DNA of 64,000 bases, from assembly GCA_963749705.1 (NCBI GenBank), contig CAVVNQ010000010.1, forward strand, positions 64,001 through 128,000, written 5' to 3'. Position numbers and translations under genes: made by a program. Below are positions 19,872 to 29,671 of the stretch, in pieces. Origin of the DNA: an uncultured Chloroflexia bacterium (GTDB lineage: Bacteria; Chloroflexota; Limnocylindria; Limnocylindrales; CSP1-4). Numbering within the stretch: position 1 is the stretch's first letter; every line of letters starts with the position of its first letter. Below the pieces are notes generated by a model. That model was not told the DNA's origin and did not search any database. It saw only the letters and a list, made by a program, of their open reading frames with translations.

Positions 19872-20441
19872 ATGCGTTCGTCACCCGCCCGATTCCCGCT
19901 GCTGCTCCTGCTGGCCGTCGCGGCTGCGCTCGGAGCCTCGTCCTGCGACGCGGCAGCACCGCCCGGCACGCCGCCCATCACGCCCGGGACGAGCGCATCG
20001 CCGCGCGAGATCAACATCGTTGCCCACGACTACGCGTTCGTGCCGTCGGTGGTCGATCTCGTGCCCGGCGAGACCGTGCTGCTCCATGTCGTCAATGGCG
20101 GGCTGGAGACGCACGAGGCGATCATCGGGGATCTCGGCGAGCAGCTCGCCTGGGAGGCGGCGGAGGACGCCACCGCGGGCAGCCCGCCGGGCCCCACGCC
20201 ATTCGTCGCGGCGCCGCCGGGGTTCCGCGGGGTCCGCGTGGTGGTGGGCTCGGGCCAGCGGGTCGACGTGACCTGGACCGTCCCGGCCGACGCCGCCTCC
20301 ACGGCCGCCGGCTGGTTCGTCGGCTGCCACATCCCCGGCCACTGGCAGAAGGGGATGGTGGTCGCGGTCCGCTTCGTGGACGCTGCCGGTGTGCCGCTCG
20401 CGAGCCCGCCCGCGCTGCCCGTGCCCAGCCCGGGTGGCTGA
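19872..20441 (+). CDS. Exported cupredoxin-domain lipoprotein
   Basis: Signal peptide with ASSC, THEAIIG, GCHIPGHWQKGM type-1 Cu motif. Confidence 0.75.
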   Translation: MRSSPARFPLLLLLAVAAALGASSCDAAAPPGTPPITPGTSASPREINIVAHDYAFVPSVVDLVPGETVLLHVVNGGLETHEAIIGDLGEQLAWEAAEDATAGSPPGPTPFVAAPPGFRGVRVVVGSGQRVDVTWTVPADAASTAAGWFVGCHIPGHWQKGMVVAVRFVDAAGVPLASPPALPVPSPGG

Positions 20442-20613
20442 CGCCGGCCCGTTTCCGGCGACTCACTCCGACGGCGGGGCGACGTAGGGCGGCTGGCGGC
20501 CCTGCGCGCGCTCACGCGATGCCCGGTTCCGGCGTGCCGGTGTACCCTCTTGTGCGTTGCGCGGTCGCTCCCGCGCCTCGAGCCCTCGATCTTCTTCCAG
20601 GAGAGCTTCTGAC

Positions 20614-20901
<288 letters not shown>

Positions 20902-20986
20902 TCGTCCGCGGCACCCCCCTGGCCCGGAGCCCAGCCCCCACGGCGCACCCGGCAGCGGTTTCGTGGCGCGCCCGTAGACTGATCGC

Positions 20987-21914
20987 GTGCGAATCGTCTC
21001 CCTCCTGCCTTCGGCGACCGAGACCGTGTTTGCGCTCGGGCTCGGAGGCGAGCTCGTCGGCATCAGCCACGATTGTGACTACCCGCCGGCGGTGCGCGAT
21101 ATCCGCGTGGTCACGACGGCAGCCCGTGACCTGTCGGTCGCCTCGTCGCATGCGATCCACCGGCAGGTCGAGGGATCGGTCGCGGCCGGCGAGTCGCTCC
21201 ACGTGCTGGACGTGGCCGCCCTCGAGGAGCTCCGTCCGGACCTGATCCTGACCCAGGACCTGTGTCGCGTGTGTGCCGTCGGCTACCGCGAGGTCAGCGA
21301 GGTCGCGAGGCGGCTCGAGGGCGAGGTGAGCGTCGTGAGCCTGGAGCCCACGTCGATCGAAGGCATCCTCAACTCGATCCAGACGGTGGGCGCGATGACG
21401 GAGGCGGAGGACGAGGCCGTGGGCCTGGTCGAGGAGCTGCGCGAGCGCCTCCGGGCGGTCGAGGAGATCGTGGGCTCGCGGCGGCAGGGCGGCTTCGTCC
21501 CGCCTCGCGTCGTGGCCGTCGAATGGCTGGACCCGCCGTTCGCGGTCGGCCACTGGGTTCCCGAGCAGGTGCGGCGGGCCGGCGGCTGGGAGCTGCTGGG
21601 CCACGAGGGCGACCACTCGGTCAGAGACGAGCTGGGACGCCTTGCGCGAGGTCGACGCCGAGATCATCGTCCTCATGCCGTGCGGGTTCGACCTCGAGCG
21701 CACCGTCCGCGAGTGGGGCGAGCTGCCGCGCCCGGCCGGGTGGCACGACCTGCGCGCGGTGCAGGACGGGCGCGTCTATGCGGTGGATGGGTCGGCCTAC
21801 TTCTCGCGCCCGGGTCCCAGGGTCGTGGACGGGATCGAGGTCCTGGCGGAGGTGATCGACCCGCTCGCGTTCGACGGGATGGCGCCGCCCGACAGCTGGG
21901 CCAGGGTCGGCTGA
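20987..21914 (+). pseudogene. BtuF/cobalamin-binding-like substrate-binding protein, frameshifted near 21623
   Basis: MRIVSLLPSATE, SHDCDYP, TQDLCRVC, EWLDPPF..GHWVPE, then C-terminus (MPCGF, YFSRPGPRVVDGIE) in another frame; removing one A restores V-E-T-S-W-D-A-L-R-E. Confidence 0.75.
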
Positions 21915-21940
21915 GCCGGCGCCCGGCGTACTCTCCGGCC

Positions 21941-22843
21941 ATGCCCCACCGCACCCGGTTCGACTGCCTGTGGTGCGGTACGACCTGGTCGGTGCGCGGC
22001 GCCGACGATCTCGAGGGCTGGGCCCAGCTGTGCCCGGATTGCCTCGGCAAGGCCGGCACGAACACCTTCCTCCGTGGACGCCTCCGGACGGCGATCGAGC
22101 AGCGCGCGGCGGCCGGCGCCGCGGATCCCGCCGCAGCCCCCGCCGCGGCCTCTGCCGTTGCGCCCGCCGTGGCCCCCGCCGTGGCCCCGGTGCCGGCATC
22201 AACAGGGCCGCGCGCGCCGCACCGCGCGCTGCGCCCGCCGGCGATGGCCCTGCCCGACGACTGGTTCCTGCGGCGGGGCGAGTTCGAGCGGGGCGCGATC
22301 CACGATGCCGCCTGGAACGCGGAGCTCGACGTCGTCACCCGGTGGCTGGACGAGGCGCCCATCTCGGGGCAGATCGAGGAGCCGGCCGCCGGCGTCGGCT
22401 TCTTCTCGCCCCTCCTCGCCGGCAGGGGCGAGCTGCATGCCTCGGACGCCGACGGCGATGCCCTCGACCGCGCCCGCGAGCGGCTCGTCGCGCATCGCCT
22501 GCTTGCGCACCTCCATGTCGAGGATCCGTGGGCGCCCGCCGATGGCCATGCGGAAAGCACGGGCCCTGCGGATGCGGTCGTCGCCGCGTTCCTGCTGGGG
22601 CGCGTGCGGGGCGCCGGGCTCGATGCCGCGGTCCGGTCGCTGCGGTCCCGGCTGCGCCGCGGGGGGCGGCTGGCGGTCATCGACCTGCGACCGGATCCGG
22701 CTGCCGGCCTCCCCGCGGGTCTCGACTGGACCTGGCACGATCCGGCCGTGCTGGAGGCGGCCCTCGCACGGGCGGGGTTCGCGGGCATCGAGCTCACCAC
22801 GACCGGTCGGTTCTTCGTGCTCGTCCGCGCGGTCGCCGCCTGA
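21941..22843 (+). CDS. N-terminal CxxC..CxxC zinc ribbon fused to a degenerate class I SAM methyltransferase-like domain
   Basis: CLWC...CPDC; DDWFLRRG; EPAAGVGFFS motif-I-like; LRRGGRLAVID. Confidence 0.6.
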   Translation: MPHRTRFDCLWCGTTWSVRGADDLEGWAQLCPDCLGKAGTNTFLRGRLRTAIEQRAAAGAADPAAAPAAASAVAPAVAPAVAPVPASTGPRAPHRALRPPAMALPDDWFLRRGEFERGAIHDAAWNAELDVVTRWLDEAPISGQIEEPAAGVGFFSPLLAGRGELHASDADGDALDRARERLVAHRLLAHLHVEDPWAPADGHAESTGPADAVVAAFLLGRVRGAGLDAAVRSLRSRLRRGGRLAVIDLRPDPAAGLPAGLDWTWHDPAVLEAALARAGFAGIELTTTGRFFVLVRAVAA

Positions 22844-22875
22844 GCGGCGGGAGCCCGGTGCTATCCTCCGGCGCG

Positions 22876-23757
22876 ATGTCACCGCTCGCGAATCGGACGA
22901 TCGCCACGGTCGGCTCGGGCGTCATGGCCGAGGCGATGATCGTCGGGCTGCTCCGCGGCAAGCTGGTGACGCCGGACCAGGTGATCGCCAGCCACCCGCG
23001 CCCCGAGCGCCGGGACTCCCTGTCCGGCACGCACGGCATCCGGACCGTGGCCTCGAACGTCGAGGCGGTGTCCGGCGCGGACGTGGTCATCCTGGCGGTC
23101 AAGCCGCAGATGCTCGCCCGCGTGGGACGCGAGATCGGGCCGCACCTCAGGGCAGGCCAGCTGGTGCTGTCCGTGCTCGCGGGCCCGACCACCCGGGCGT
23201 TGACGGCGACGCTGGCCCACGACCAGGTCGTCCGGGCAATGCCCAACACGCCGGCCCGGATCGGCAACGGCATGACCGTGTGGTATGCGACCCCCGCCAC
23301 CACCGCCGACCAGCGGGCCCAGGCGGAGGCGTTGCTGGGTGCGCTCGGCGCCGAGCTCGAGGTCGACGACGAGCGCTGGGTCGCGATGGCGACCGCGGTC
23401 TCGGGCACCGGACCCGCGTACGTGTTCCTGGTCATGGAGGCGCTGATCGATGCGGCCGTCCACCTCGGCTTTCCGCGTCACATCGCCCACGACCTCGTGA
23501 TCGAGACGCTCGAGGGCAGCACCCGGTTCGCGAAGCAGTCCGGCGATCATCCCGCCGTGCTCCGCAACATGGTCACCTCGCCCGCCGGAACCAGTGCGGC
23601 GGCCATCCACGAGCTCGAGTCCGGCCGGTTGCGCACCGTCCTGAGCGAGGCGGTCTGGGCGGCCTACCGGCGCACGGTCGAGCTCGGGGACCAGATCGAG
23701 GCGCAGGTCGCGGAACCACCCTCGAAGCCCCGCGAACGGCGGTCCAAGGGCAGCTGA
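22876..23757 (+). CDS. proC: Pyrroline-5-carboxylate reductase
   Basis: GSGVMA, LAVKPQ, RAMPNTP, TAVSGTGPAY, VTSPAGTS. Confidence 0.93.
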   Translation: MSPLANRTIATVGSGVMAEAMIVGLLRGKLVTPDQVIASHPRPERRDSLSGTHGIRTVASNVEAVSGADVVILAVKPQMLARVGREIGPHLRAGQLVLSVLAGPTTRALTATLAHDQVVRAMPNTPARIGNGMTVWYATPATTADQRAQAEALLGALGAELEVDDERWVAMATAVSGTGPAYVFLVMEALIDAAVHLGFPRHIAHDLVIETLEGSTRFAKQSGDHPAVLRNMVTSPAGTSAAAIHELESGRLRTVLSEAVWAAYRRTVELGDQIEAQVAEPPSKPRERRSKGS

Positions 23758-23792
23758 CCTGGCGGCCGCCGGTGCGCGGCACGAGTCCCTCG

Positions 23793-24284
23793 CTACCCGG
23801 CCGGTGGCGTGCCGTCCGTCTTCGGGATCACGCTGATCGAGCCGTTCGTCTCGAGCACCGCGACCGCGGCCTCGTTGATCCGCAGCAGTCCGTGCTGGCG
23901 GAGGGCCGACAGCAGCTCCGCCTCGCTGATCGACTCCTCGCGCATCGCGCGGCGCAGGGCCACCCCGTCCCGGATCAGCAGCCGCGGCTCACCTTCCACG
24001 GTCCTTCGGAACCACGTCCAGCGATTGCGCAGCTCGCCCAGCCCACGGTCGATGACGACCAGGGTCGCCGCGGCCGTCAGGCCGCCGATGACCGTGACGT
24101 TGGAGCCGACCATCGCGTTCTGGACGCCGTTGGCGATGAGCAGCAGGAGCACGAAGTCGAGCAGCGACAGCTGGGCCACCTCGCGCTTGCCGGCGATGCG
24201 GAGCAGGACGACGATCGCCACGTAGACGATCGCGGACCGCGCCACCACGTCGAGGACGCCGGCGCCGAGGTCGGGGACCGTCAT
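23793..24284 (-). CDS. DUF421/YetF-like membrane protein
   Basis: RIAGKREVAQLS..D, EGEPRLLIRDG, VLETNGSISV. Confidence 0.85.
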   Translation of the reverse strand: MTVPDLGAGVLDVVARSAIVYVAIVVLLRIAGKREVAQLSLLDFVLLLLIANGVQNAMVGSNVTVIGGLTAAATLVVIDRGLGELRNRWTWFRRTVEGEPRLLIRDGVALRRAMREESISEAELLSALRQHGLLRINEAAVAVLETNGSISVIPKTDGTPPAG

Positions 24285-24389
24285 CGCGGGCAGGATCCAG
24301 AGGACCGCATGGCCCGGAATCTAGCGTCCATGCTCCCTTTCGGCGCGACGGCTCCGCGATATCCTCGCCCGGATGGACACCACCCGACA

Positions 24390-25361
24390 GTGAGCGACCT
24401 CGCCGAGCGCGCGATGCGCTCCACGCTCCTCAGCCTCTCCCACCGCCGGTCCCTCGGCCGGCTCGCGACCCGTATTCCGATCACCCGCCCGATGGTCCGC
24501 CGGTTCGTCGCCGGTGAGACCCTGGACGAGGTCCTGCCCGCGATCGAGCGCCTGCACGCGCAGGGGATGCGGACGACGGTCGATGTGCTCGGCGAATCCG
24601 TGACCCGCGAGGAGGACGCGCGCGCGGCCGCCGGTCGGTACCTGGACACGCTCGACGCGCTCGCGGCGCGCGGCCTCGACCGCAACGTGTCGCTCAAGCC
24701 CAGCCAGATGGGGCTCGCGCTCGACCCCGCCCTGGCCCGCGAGAACATCGGCGCCATCGTTGCCCGGGCGGTCGAGACCGGCGCATTCGTGCGGATCGAC
24801 ATGGAGGACCACACGACGACCGACGACACGCTCGCGCTGTGGCGAGATGTCCGGCCGGCGGACGCCGGCGGTGGCGGAGCGGCGTCGCCTGCCGACGTCG
24901 GGCTGGTGCTCCAGTCCGCCCTGCGCCGGACGGCCGACGACGTGGAGTCGGTGATCGCAGCCGGCGGCCGGGTGCGGCTGTGCAAGGGCGCGTACAAGGA
25001 GCCCGCCGGCGTCGCGTTCCAGGACAAGGCCGAGGTCGACGCCTCGTACGAGACGCTGATGCTCCGCCTCATGCGTGCCGGACGCTACCCGGCCATCGCC
25101 ACCCACGACGTGCGGCTGATCAAGCGGGCGATCGAGGTCGCGACGGCCGAGGGGATCGCGCGCGACGCATTCGAGTTCCAGATGCTGTACGGCGTGCGAC
25201 GCGACCTGCAGGAGCAGCTGGTTGCCGCCGGCTGGACGGTGCGGGTCTACGTGCCGTTCGGGGACAAGTGGTACCCGTATTTCATGCGTCGCCTGGCGGA
25301 GCGCCCGGCCAACGTGTCGTTCCTGATCCGGAACCTGTGGCGGGAGCGCGGCCGGGGCTGA
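24390..25361 (+). CDS. Monofunctional proline dehydrogenase
   Basis: RFVAGET, SLKPSQMG, RIDMED, RLCKGAY, ATHD, EFQMLYG, YVPFG..WYPYFMRRLAE. Confidence 0.93.
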   Translation: MSDLAERAMRSTLLSLSHRRSLGRLATRIPITRPMVRRFVAGETLDEVLPAIERLHAQGMRTTVDVLGESVTREEDARAAAGRYLDTLDALAARGLDRNVSLKPSQMGLALDPALARENIGAIVARAVETGAFVRIDMEDHTTTDDTLALWRDVRPADAGGGGAASPADVGLVLQSALRRTADDVESVIAAGGRVRLCKGAYKEPAGVAFQDKAEVDASYETLMLRLMRAGRYPAIATHDVRLIKRAIEVATAEGIARDAFEFQMLYGVRRDLQEQLVAAGWTVRVYVPFGDKWYPYFMRRLAERPANVSFLIRNLWRERGRG

Positions 25362-25465
25362 CCGAGCGCCGGCGCTGACCGACCGCCGGCGCGGCTGACC
25401 GATTGCGCCTCGGCCCGATCGAGCCGCAATCGACGACCGATCGAGCGCCGCCCCCGGGAATCCAA

Positions 25466-25493
25466 GAGCCGCCGGGTGGGCCCCCGGCGGCTC
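25466..25493 (-). terminator. Intrinsic terminator-like hairpin after the GAKRW peptide (possibly shared with the convergent PRODH gene)
   Basis: 11-bp perfect stem GAGCCGCCGGG / CCCGGCGGCTC, followed on the minus strand by TTGGATT. Confidence 0.6.
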
Positions 25494-25517
25494 AGGCCTC
25501 GGCGGTGAGGCGGATGG

Positions 25518-25616
25518 CTACCAGCGCTTGGCGCCGTTGATCACGAAGGCGAACGCGGCGAGGCTGCCGAGGAAGAGGGTGGCGCGGTGCGCGTACCACT
25601 TGAGCGTGGGCTTCAT
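25518..25616 (-). CDS. 32-aa peptide MKPTLKWYAHRATLFLGSLAAFAFVINGAKRW (GAKRW family, copy 2)
   Basis: AAGGA RBS 6 nt before ATG, GC3-rich codons, downstream hairpin, paralog at 15434-15532. Confidence 0.75.
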   Translation of the reverse strand: MKPTLKWYAHRATLFLGSLAAFAFVINGAKRW

Positions 25617-25811
25617 GATGTTTCCTTTTCCCATGAGTGCGAGGTGGGCCCCTCGCGAGGAGGGATCCGAACGTACGCGCTCCGCGGTACCAGGAGGAAT
25701 GACCCGTTGGTACTGGTACCCACTCGCCTTAAGGCGGAGTTGCGGCGCCGCACCACGTCCGGGCGGGCCGGCGGGGAACCGTGACGCTGCTCCAGGTGGA
25801 CCGATCGCGAC

Positions 25812-27200
25812 TCAGGTCGTCGCGTCCGCCCCGGGTGCGGCGGGGATGCGGAACCAGAATGTGCTGCCGGCGCCCACGACCGACGAGACGCCCATCGTCC
25901 CGCCGTGCGCCTCGACGATCTGCTTCGAGATCGGCAGGCCAAGCCCGGTGCCCTTCGGGCCGTCGGCAAGCGTGTCCGACGCCTGGCGGAACGGCTCGAA
26001 GATCCGCTCCTGGTCGGCCTCCGGGATCCCGCGACCCGAGTCCGCCACCTCGACCCGAACCTGGTCGCCATCGGGCGCCACCCGCACCCGGATCGTCCCG
26101 GCCGGCGTGAACTTGACCGCGTTGGATACCAGGTTGATGAGCACCTGGACCAGCCGGTCGCGGTCGCCCTCGATGGCCGGCAGGCCGTCCGCGACCACGA
26201 CCTCGGGCGTCAGCCCGCTCACCTCGAACAGCGAGGCCGTCGCCGCGAGCCCCTGGCGCACGACATCCTCCAGCTGGATCCGCGCCATGCGCCACTCGAG
26301 CCGCCCCGCCTCGATCTTGGCGAGGTCGAGCAGGTCGTTGATCAGCACCGTGAGCCGGTCGCCCTCGGCGGCGATGATCCCGAGGTTCTCGCGGACCTGC
26401 CGCAGCGCACGCTCGACCTTCGGCTCGCCCAACGGGACCACCGGAGCCACCACCTCCTCGAGGCGTCGCCGGCTCAGCTTCGCAAACCCGACGACGGACG
26501 TGAGCGGCGTCCGCAGCTCGTGCGAGATGTTGGCCAGGAACCGGCTCTTGGCATCGTTCGCCGACTCCGCCGCCGCACGCGCCTCCTGCGCCTCGGCCAT
26601 CGCCTCGACGAGGTTCCGGGTCCGCTCGGCCACGCGGTCCTCGAGGGCCCGGTTCTGCGCCTCGAGCTGCGCGTACAGTCGGGCGGACTCGATCGCGCCG
26701 GCGAACAGCGAGCCGACCGTGTACAGCAGCGGCCCGTCCGTCGGCTCGAGGGCCCGGCCCTCGCGGCGGTCGTCGACGAGCAGGACCCCCACGACCCGCC
26801 CCTGGGTGACCATCGGCGTGCCCATGAAGCCCGTCGCGCCGAGCACCGCCGCGAGCCGCCGGGTCGTATCGTCGACGTCGTGGTCCGCGTCGTGGAACCG
26901 CAGCGGACCGTCGGCTCGCGCCAGCCGGGCCAGCGCGGCGTCCTCGTCCCCGATGGCGACCCGCAGGTCCGCGACCAGCACCCCGACGCCCGGCGGCCCG
27001 CCCGCGACGCGGCAATCGCCGACGGTGCCGCCGGCCGGGTCCACCAGCGCCATCAGCCCGCGCGTGAAGCCGAGGCGCCCGACGATCTCGGCCAGCCCGC
27101 GATCGACGAGCGTCTCCAGGTCCAGCGTCGACCCGAGCGCGATCCCGATGGCATTGATCCCGGACAGCTCGGCGAGACGCCGGCGCAGGTCCTCCTGCAC
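25812..27200 (-). CDS. GAF-domain sensor histidine kinase (cytoplasmic)
   Basis: FLANISHELRTPL H-box, NLVSNAVKFT, DSGRGI, GTGLGL; start uncertain. Confidence 0.9.
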   Translation of the reverse strand: MQEDLRRRLAELSGINAIGIALGSTLDLETLVDRGLAEIVGRLGFTRGLMALVDPAGGTVGDCRVAGGPPGVGVLVADLRVAIGDEDAALARLARADGPLRFHDADHDVDDTTRRLAAVLGATGFMGTPMVTQGRVVGVLLVDDRREGRALEPTDGPLLYTVGSLFAGAIESARLYAQLEAQNRALEDRVAERTRNLVEAMAEAQEARAAAESANDAKSRFLANISHELRTPLTSVVGFAKLSRRRLEEVVAPVVPLGEPKVERALRQVRENLGIIAAEGDRLTVLINDLLDLAKIEAGRLEWRMARIQLEDVVRQGLAATASLFEVSGLTPEVVVADGLPAIEGDRDRLVQVLINLVSNAVKFTPAGTIRVRVAPDGDQVRVEVADSGRGIPEADQERIFEPFRQASDTLADGPKGTGLGLPISKQIVEAHGGTMGVSSVVGAGSTFWFRIPAAPGADATT

Positions 27201-27274
27201 CGGCAGGTCTGCCTCGCCGCCACCTGGCGCGCGGCGCCCGCGCGGGATCGGAGCCGACCGTTCGGCGCGGAAGC

Positions 27275-28060
27275 TCAGTGGTTGGCTCCGCGCGACGCTC
27301 CCGCGCCGGCCGCCAGCGCGCGGCCGATCGCCGGTCCGGCGAGCGCGGCGATGGCCGTCACCACCTTGAGGTCGGCGGCCCGGAACGCCGCGCCGGTCCC
27401 GGTCGCCCCGACGACCCCGATCGTCCGGTCGTCGGCGCGCAGCGCTGCCGCGACCACCGTGTGCGCCCGACGCTCGGCGTCGTTCGCCCGCGGATCCGAC
27501 GCGATGTCCTCGACCACCTCGGCGGTCCCCGTGGCGGCGACCGTGCCGACGATCCCATCGCCGAGCCGGCCGGCGAGGACGGGCCCGTCTCCCGCATCGA
27601 CGCCCTCCGGTGGCCGAAGCGCGCCGTCCGCACCGACCAGCAGCAGGAACCCCCGGGCGTCGCCGGGCAGCCGCGACAGCTCGGCGACGGCGGTGTCCAC
27701 GATCGGCTCGAGATCGGTGTGGCCGCCGATGATCGCCGCGAGGTCGTAGATCAGCGACAGCTCGCGGTACCGCTCCAGCGCCTCGGTCGCGAGCGCCCGC
27801 TTGTCACGCTCCCGCGCCGCCGCGTACGACAGCACGGCCGCGACGCCGCGGGCGGTGCGCCCGCCCTCGACCCAGCCCAGCGTCTCGCCGTCGACGGTCA
27901 CGGCGTGGCGCGCCTCGCCGGCGGCCGCGCCGGCACGTTCCAGGACCACCTCGCCGTCGGCGTCGAGGATGCGGACCCCGGCGTCCATGCCGGCCAGCAG
28001 CGCCGACACCATGGGCGCGACGTGTCGGTGCCGGACGATGAGGCGGCGCAGCTCGGTCAT
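27275..28060 (-). CDS. GAF domain-containing protein
   Basis: LERYRELSLIYDL coiled segment, GDGIVGTVA..DPR..F...DL GAF pattern; no output domain. Confidence 0.75.
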   Translation of the reverse strand: MTELRRLIVRHRHVAPMVSALLAGMDAGVRILDADGEVVLERAGAAAGEARHAVTVDGETLGWVEGGRTARGVAAVLSYAAARERDKRALATEALERYRELSLIYDLAAIIGGHTDLEPIVDTAVAELSRLPGDARGFLLLVGADGALRPPEGVDAGDGPVLAGRLGDGIVGTVAATGTAEVVEDIASDPRANDAERRAHTVVAAALRADDRTIGVVGATGTGAAFRAADLKVVTAIAALAGPAIGRALAAGAGASRGANH

Positions 28061-28437
28061 GCCTCGCCCAGGACCTCGCGTGCGATCGTCATCAGCTCAT
28101 CGGGGTCGAAGGGCTTGGTCAGGTAGCGGTTGGCACCCGCGGCGATGCCGGCCTCGCGATCGTCGGCCTGGCCCTTCGCCGTGAGCAGCACGATATGCGG
28201 GTCGTGCATGCCGAGGTCGCCGCGGACCGCGCGGCACACGTCGAGGCCGTTGCGGCGCGGCATCATCACGTCGAGGAACACGAGGTCGGGGCGCTGTGCC
28301 TCGATGACGGCGAGCGCCTCGTCGCCGTCGGCCGCCGTGTACAGGTCCACGCCGTCGTCCACCAGGTCCTCGAGCGCCTGTTCGATCAGCAGCCGGATGT
28401 GCTGCTCGTCGTCGACGATGAGGACGCTCCGGGACAT
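28057..28437 (-). CDS. Single-domain response regulator (receiver)
   Basis: VLIVDDE, FLDVMMP, LTAK, YLTKPF. Confidence 0.92.
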   Translation of the reverse strand: MSRSVLIVDDEQHIRLLIEQALEDLVDDGVDLYTAADGDEALAVIEAQRPDLVFLDVMMPRRNGLDVCRAVRGDLGMHDPHIVLLTAKGQADDREAGIAAGANRYLTKPFDPDELMTIAREVLGEA

Positions 28438-28527
28438 GGGCCCTCCGGGCTGTGGCTGGACCCCGTCACCTTGCCCGATGCGCAGACCCGGCGCAAGGCG
28501 GCGGCGCACGACGCGTATCCTGCCGGC

Positions 28528-29646
28528 GTGCCCGATGTCCGCTCGCCCAAGCCGATCCCGCTGCCCGCGCTCCCGCCGGGGCTCGACACGCCGGCCGTGG
28601 TGGTGTTCGTGGACCGGGTGCAGGCGAACATCGAGCGGCTCCAGGCGACGCTCGATGCCCGCGACGTTCGGCTGCGGCCGCACGCCAAGACCCACAAGAG
28701 CGTCCGCATCGCCCGGATGCAGCTCGAGGCCGGGGCCGCGGGGCTGACGGTCGGGACGCTGGGGGAGGCCGAGGTGTTCGCGCTGGCGGGTCTGCGGGAC
28801 CTGTTCATCGCCTACCCGGTCTGGGCCGACGGCCCCAAGGCGGCCCGGCTGCGGGCGCTCCACGACACGTCGGACGTGCGCGTCGGCGTCGATTCGGCGG
28901 CGGGCGCGGAGCGGCTCGCGGCAGCGGTCCGCGGATCCCGCCGCCGGCTGCGGGTCCTCGTCGAGCTCGACTCGGGTGGTCACCGGACGGGCGTCGCGAC
29001 CCCCGGCGACGCCGTCCAGGTCGCGATCGCCGCCAGCCGGGCGGGTCTCGATGTCGAGGGCGTGTTCACGCACGGCGGCCATGGCTACCGTCCCGGTGCC
29101 GCGGGCGCCGCCGCGCTCGACGAGTCGACCACGCTCGAGGCCGGGGCGCGAGCCCTGGAGGCCGCCGGGTTCGAGGTGCGGACGATCAGCGCCGGATCGA
29201 CCCCGACCCGGACGCTCGCGGCGCAGGGGCGGGTCAACGAGATACGCGCCGGAACCTACGTGCTCGGCGATCGCCAGCAGTGGGCCCTCGACGCGATCGA
29301 TGCCGACGGCATCGCGGCCGTGGTCGCGGCGACCGTCGTCTCGGCCGGGCGGGAGCGGCTCGTGGTCGACGCCGGGGCCAAGGCGCTGACCAAGGACCTG
29401 CCCTCGTTCGTCGAGGGCTACGGGCTCCTCGCCGGCTGGCCGGGTGCCGTGATCGAGCGCGTCAACGACTATCACGGCGTCGTATCCCTGCCGGCCACGA
29501 CCGCCGCTCCGGTGCCGGGCGATGTGATCGCGATCGTGCCGAACCACATCTGCCCCGTGATCGACCTCGTGGCGTCGTTCGTCGCGGTCCAGCCGGACGG
29601 GCGCGCGGAGCACTGGGCGGTCGACGCCCGGGGCCGCAACGGCTGA
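28528..29646 (+). CDS. D-TA/DSD1 family PLP enzyme (alanine racemase fold; D-threonine aldolase / D-serine dehydratase-like)
   Basis: LDTPA, RPHAKTHKS, RTG, GSTPT, EIRAGTY, PNHICP. Confidence 0.85.
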   Translation: MPDVRSPKPIPLPALPPGLDTPAVVVFVDRVQANIERLQATLDARDVRLRPHAKTHKSVRIARMQLEAGAAGLTVGTLGEAEVFALAGLRDLFIAYPVWADGPKAARLRALHDTSDVRVGVDSAAGAERLAAAVRGSRRRLRVLVELDSGGHRTGVATPGDAVQVAIAASRAGLDVEGVFTHGGHGYRPGAAGAAALDESTTLEAGARALEAAGFEVRTISAGSTPTRTLAAQGRVNEIRAGTYVLGDRQQWALDAIDADGIAAVVAATVVSAGRERLVVDAGAKALTKDLPSFVEGYGLLAGWPGAVIERVNDYHGVVSLPATTAAPVPGDVIAIVPNHICPVIDLVASFVAVQPDGRAEHWAVDARGRNG

Positions 29647-29671
29647 CCTGCGGTTGCGGCATCATCAGGCC

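Noticed and set aside
20987-22843. 618-aa BtuF-methyltransferase fusion
   Set aside because: Artefact of the frameshift near 21623; the second gene has its own -10 and ATG at 21941
25357-25402. Three GCTGACCGA copies after the PRODH stop
   Set aside because: Irregular spacing (17 and 20 nt); looks like a degenerate local duplication
27200-27280. Frameshift fusing the GAF protein to the kinase
   Set aside because: The kinase frame is open upstream, but the linker is not protein-like and there is no positive evidence
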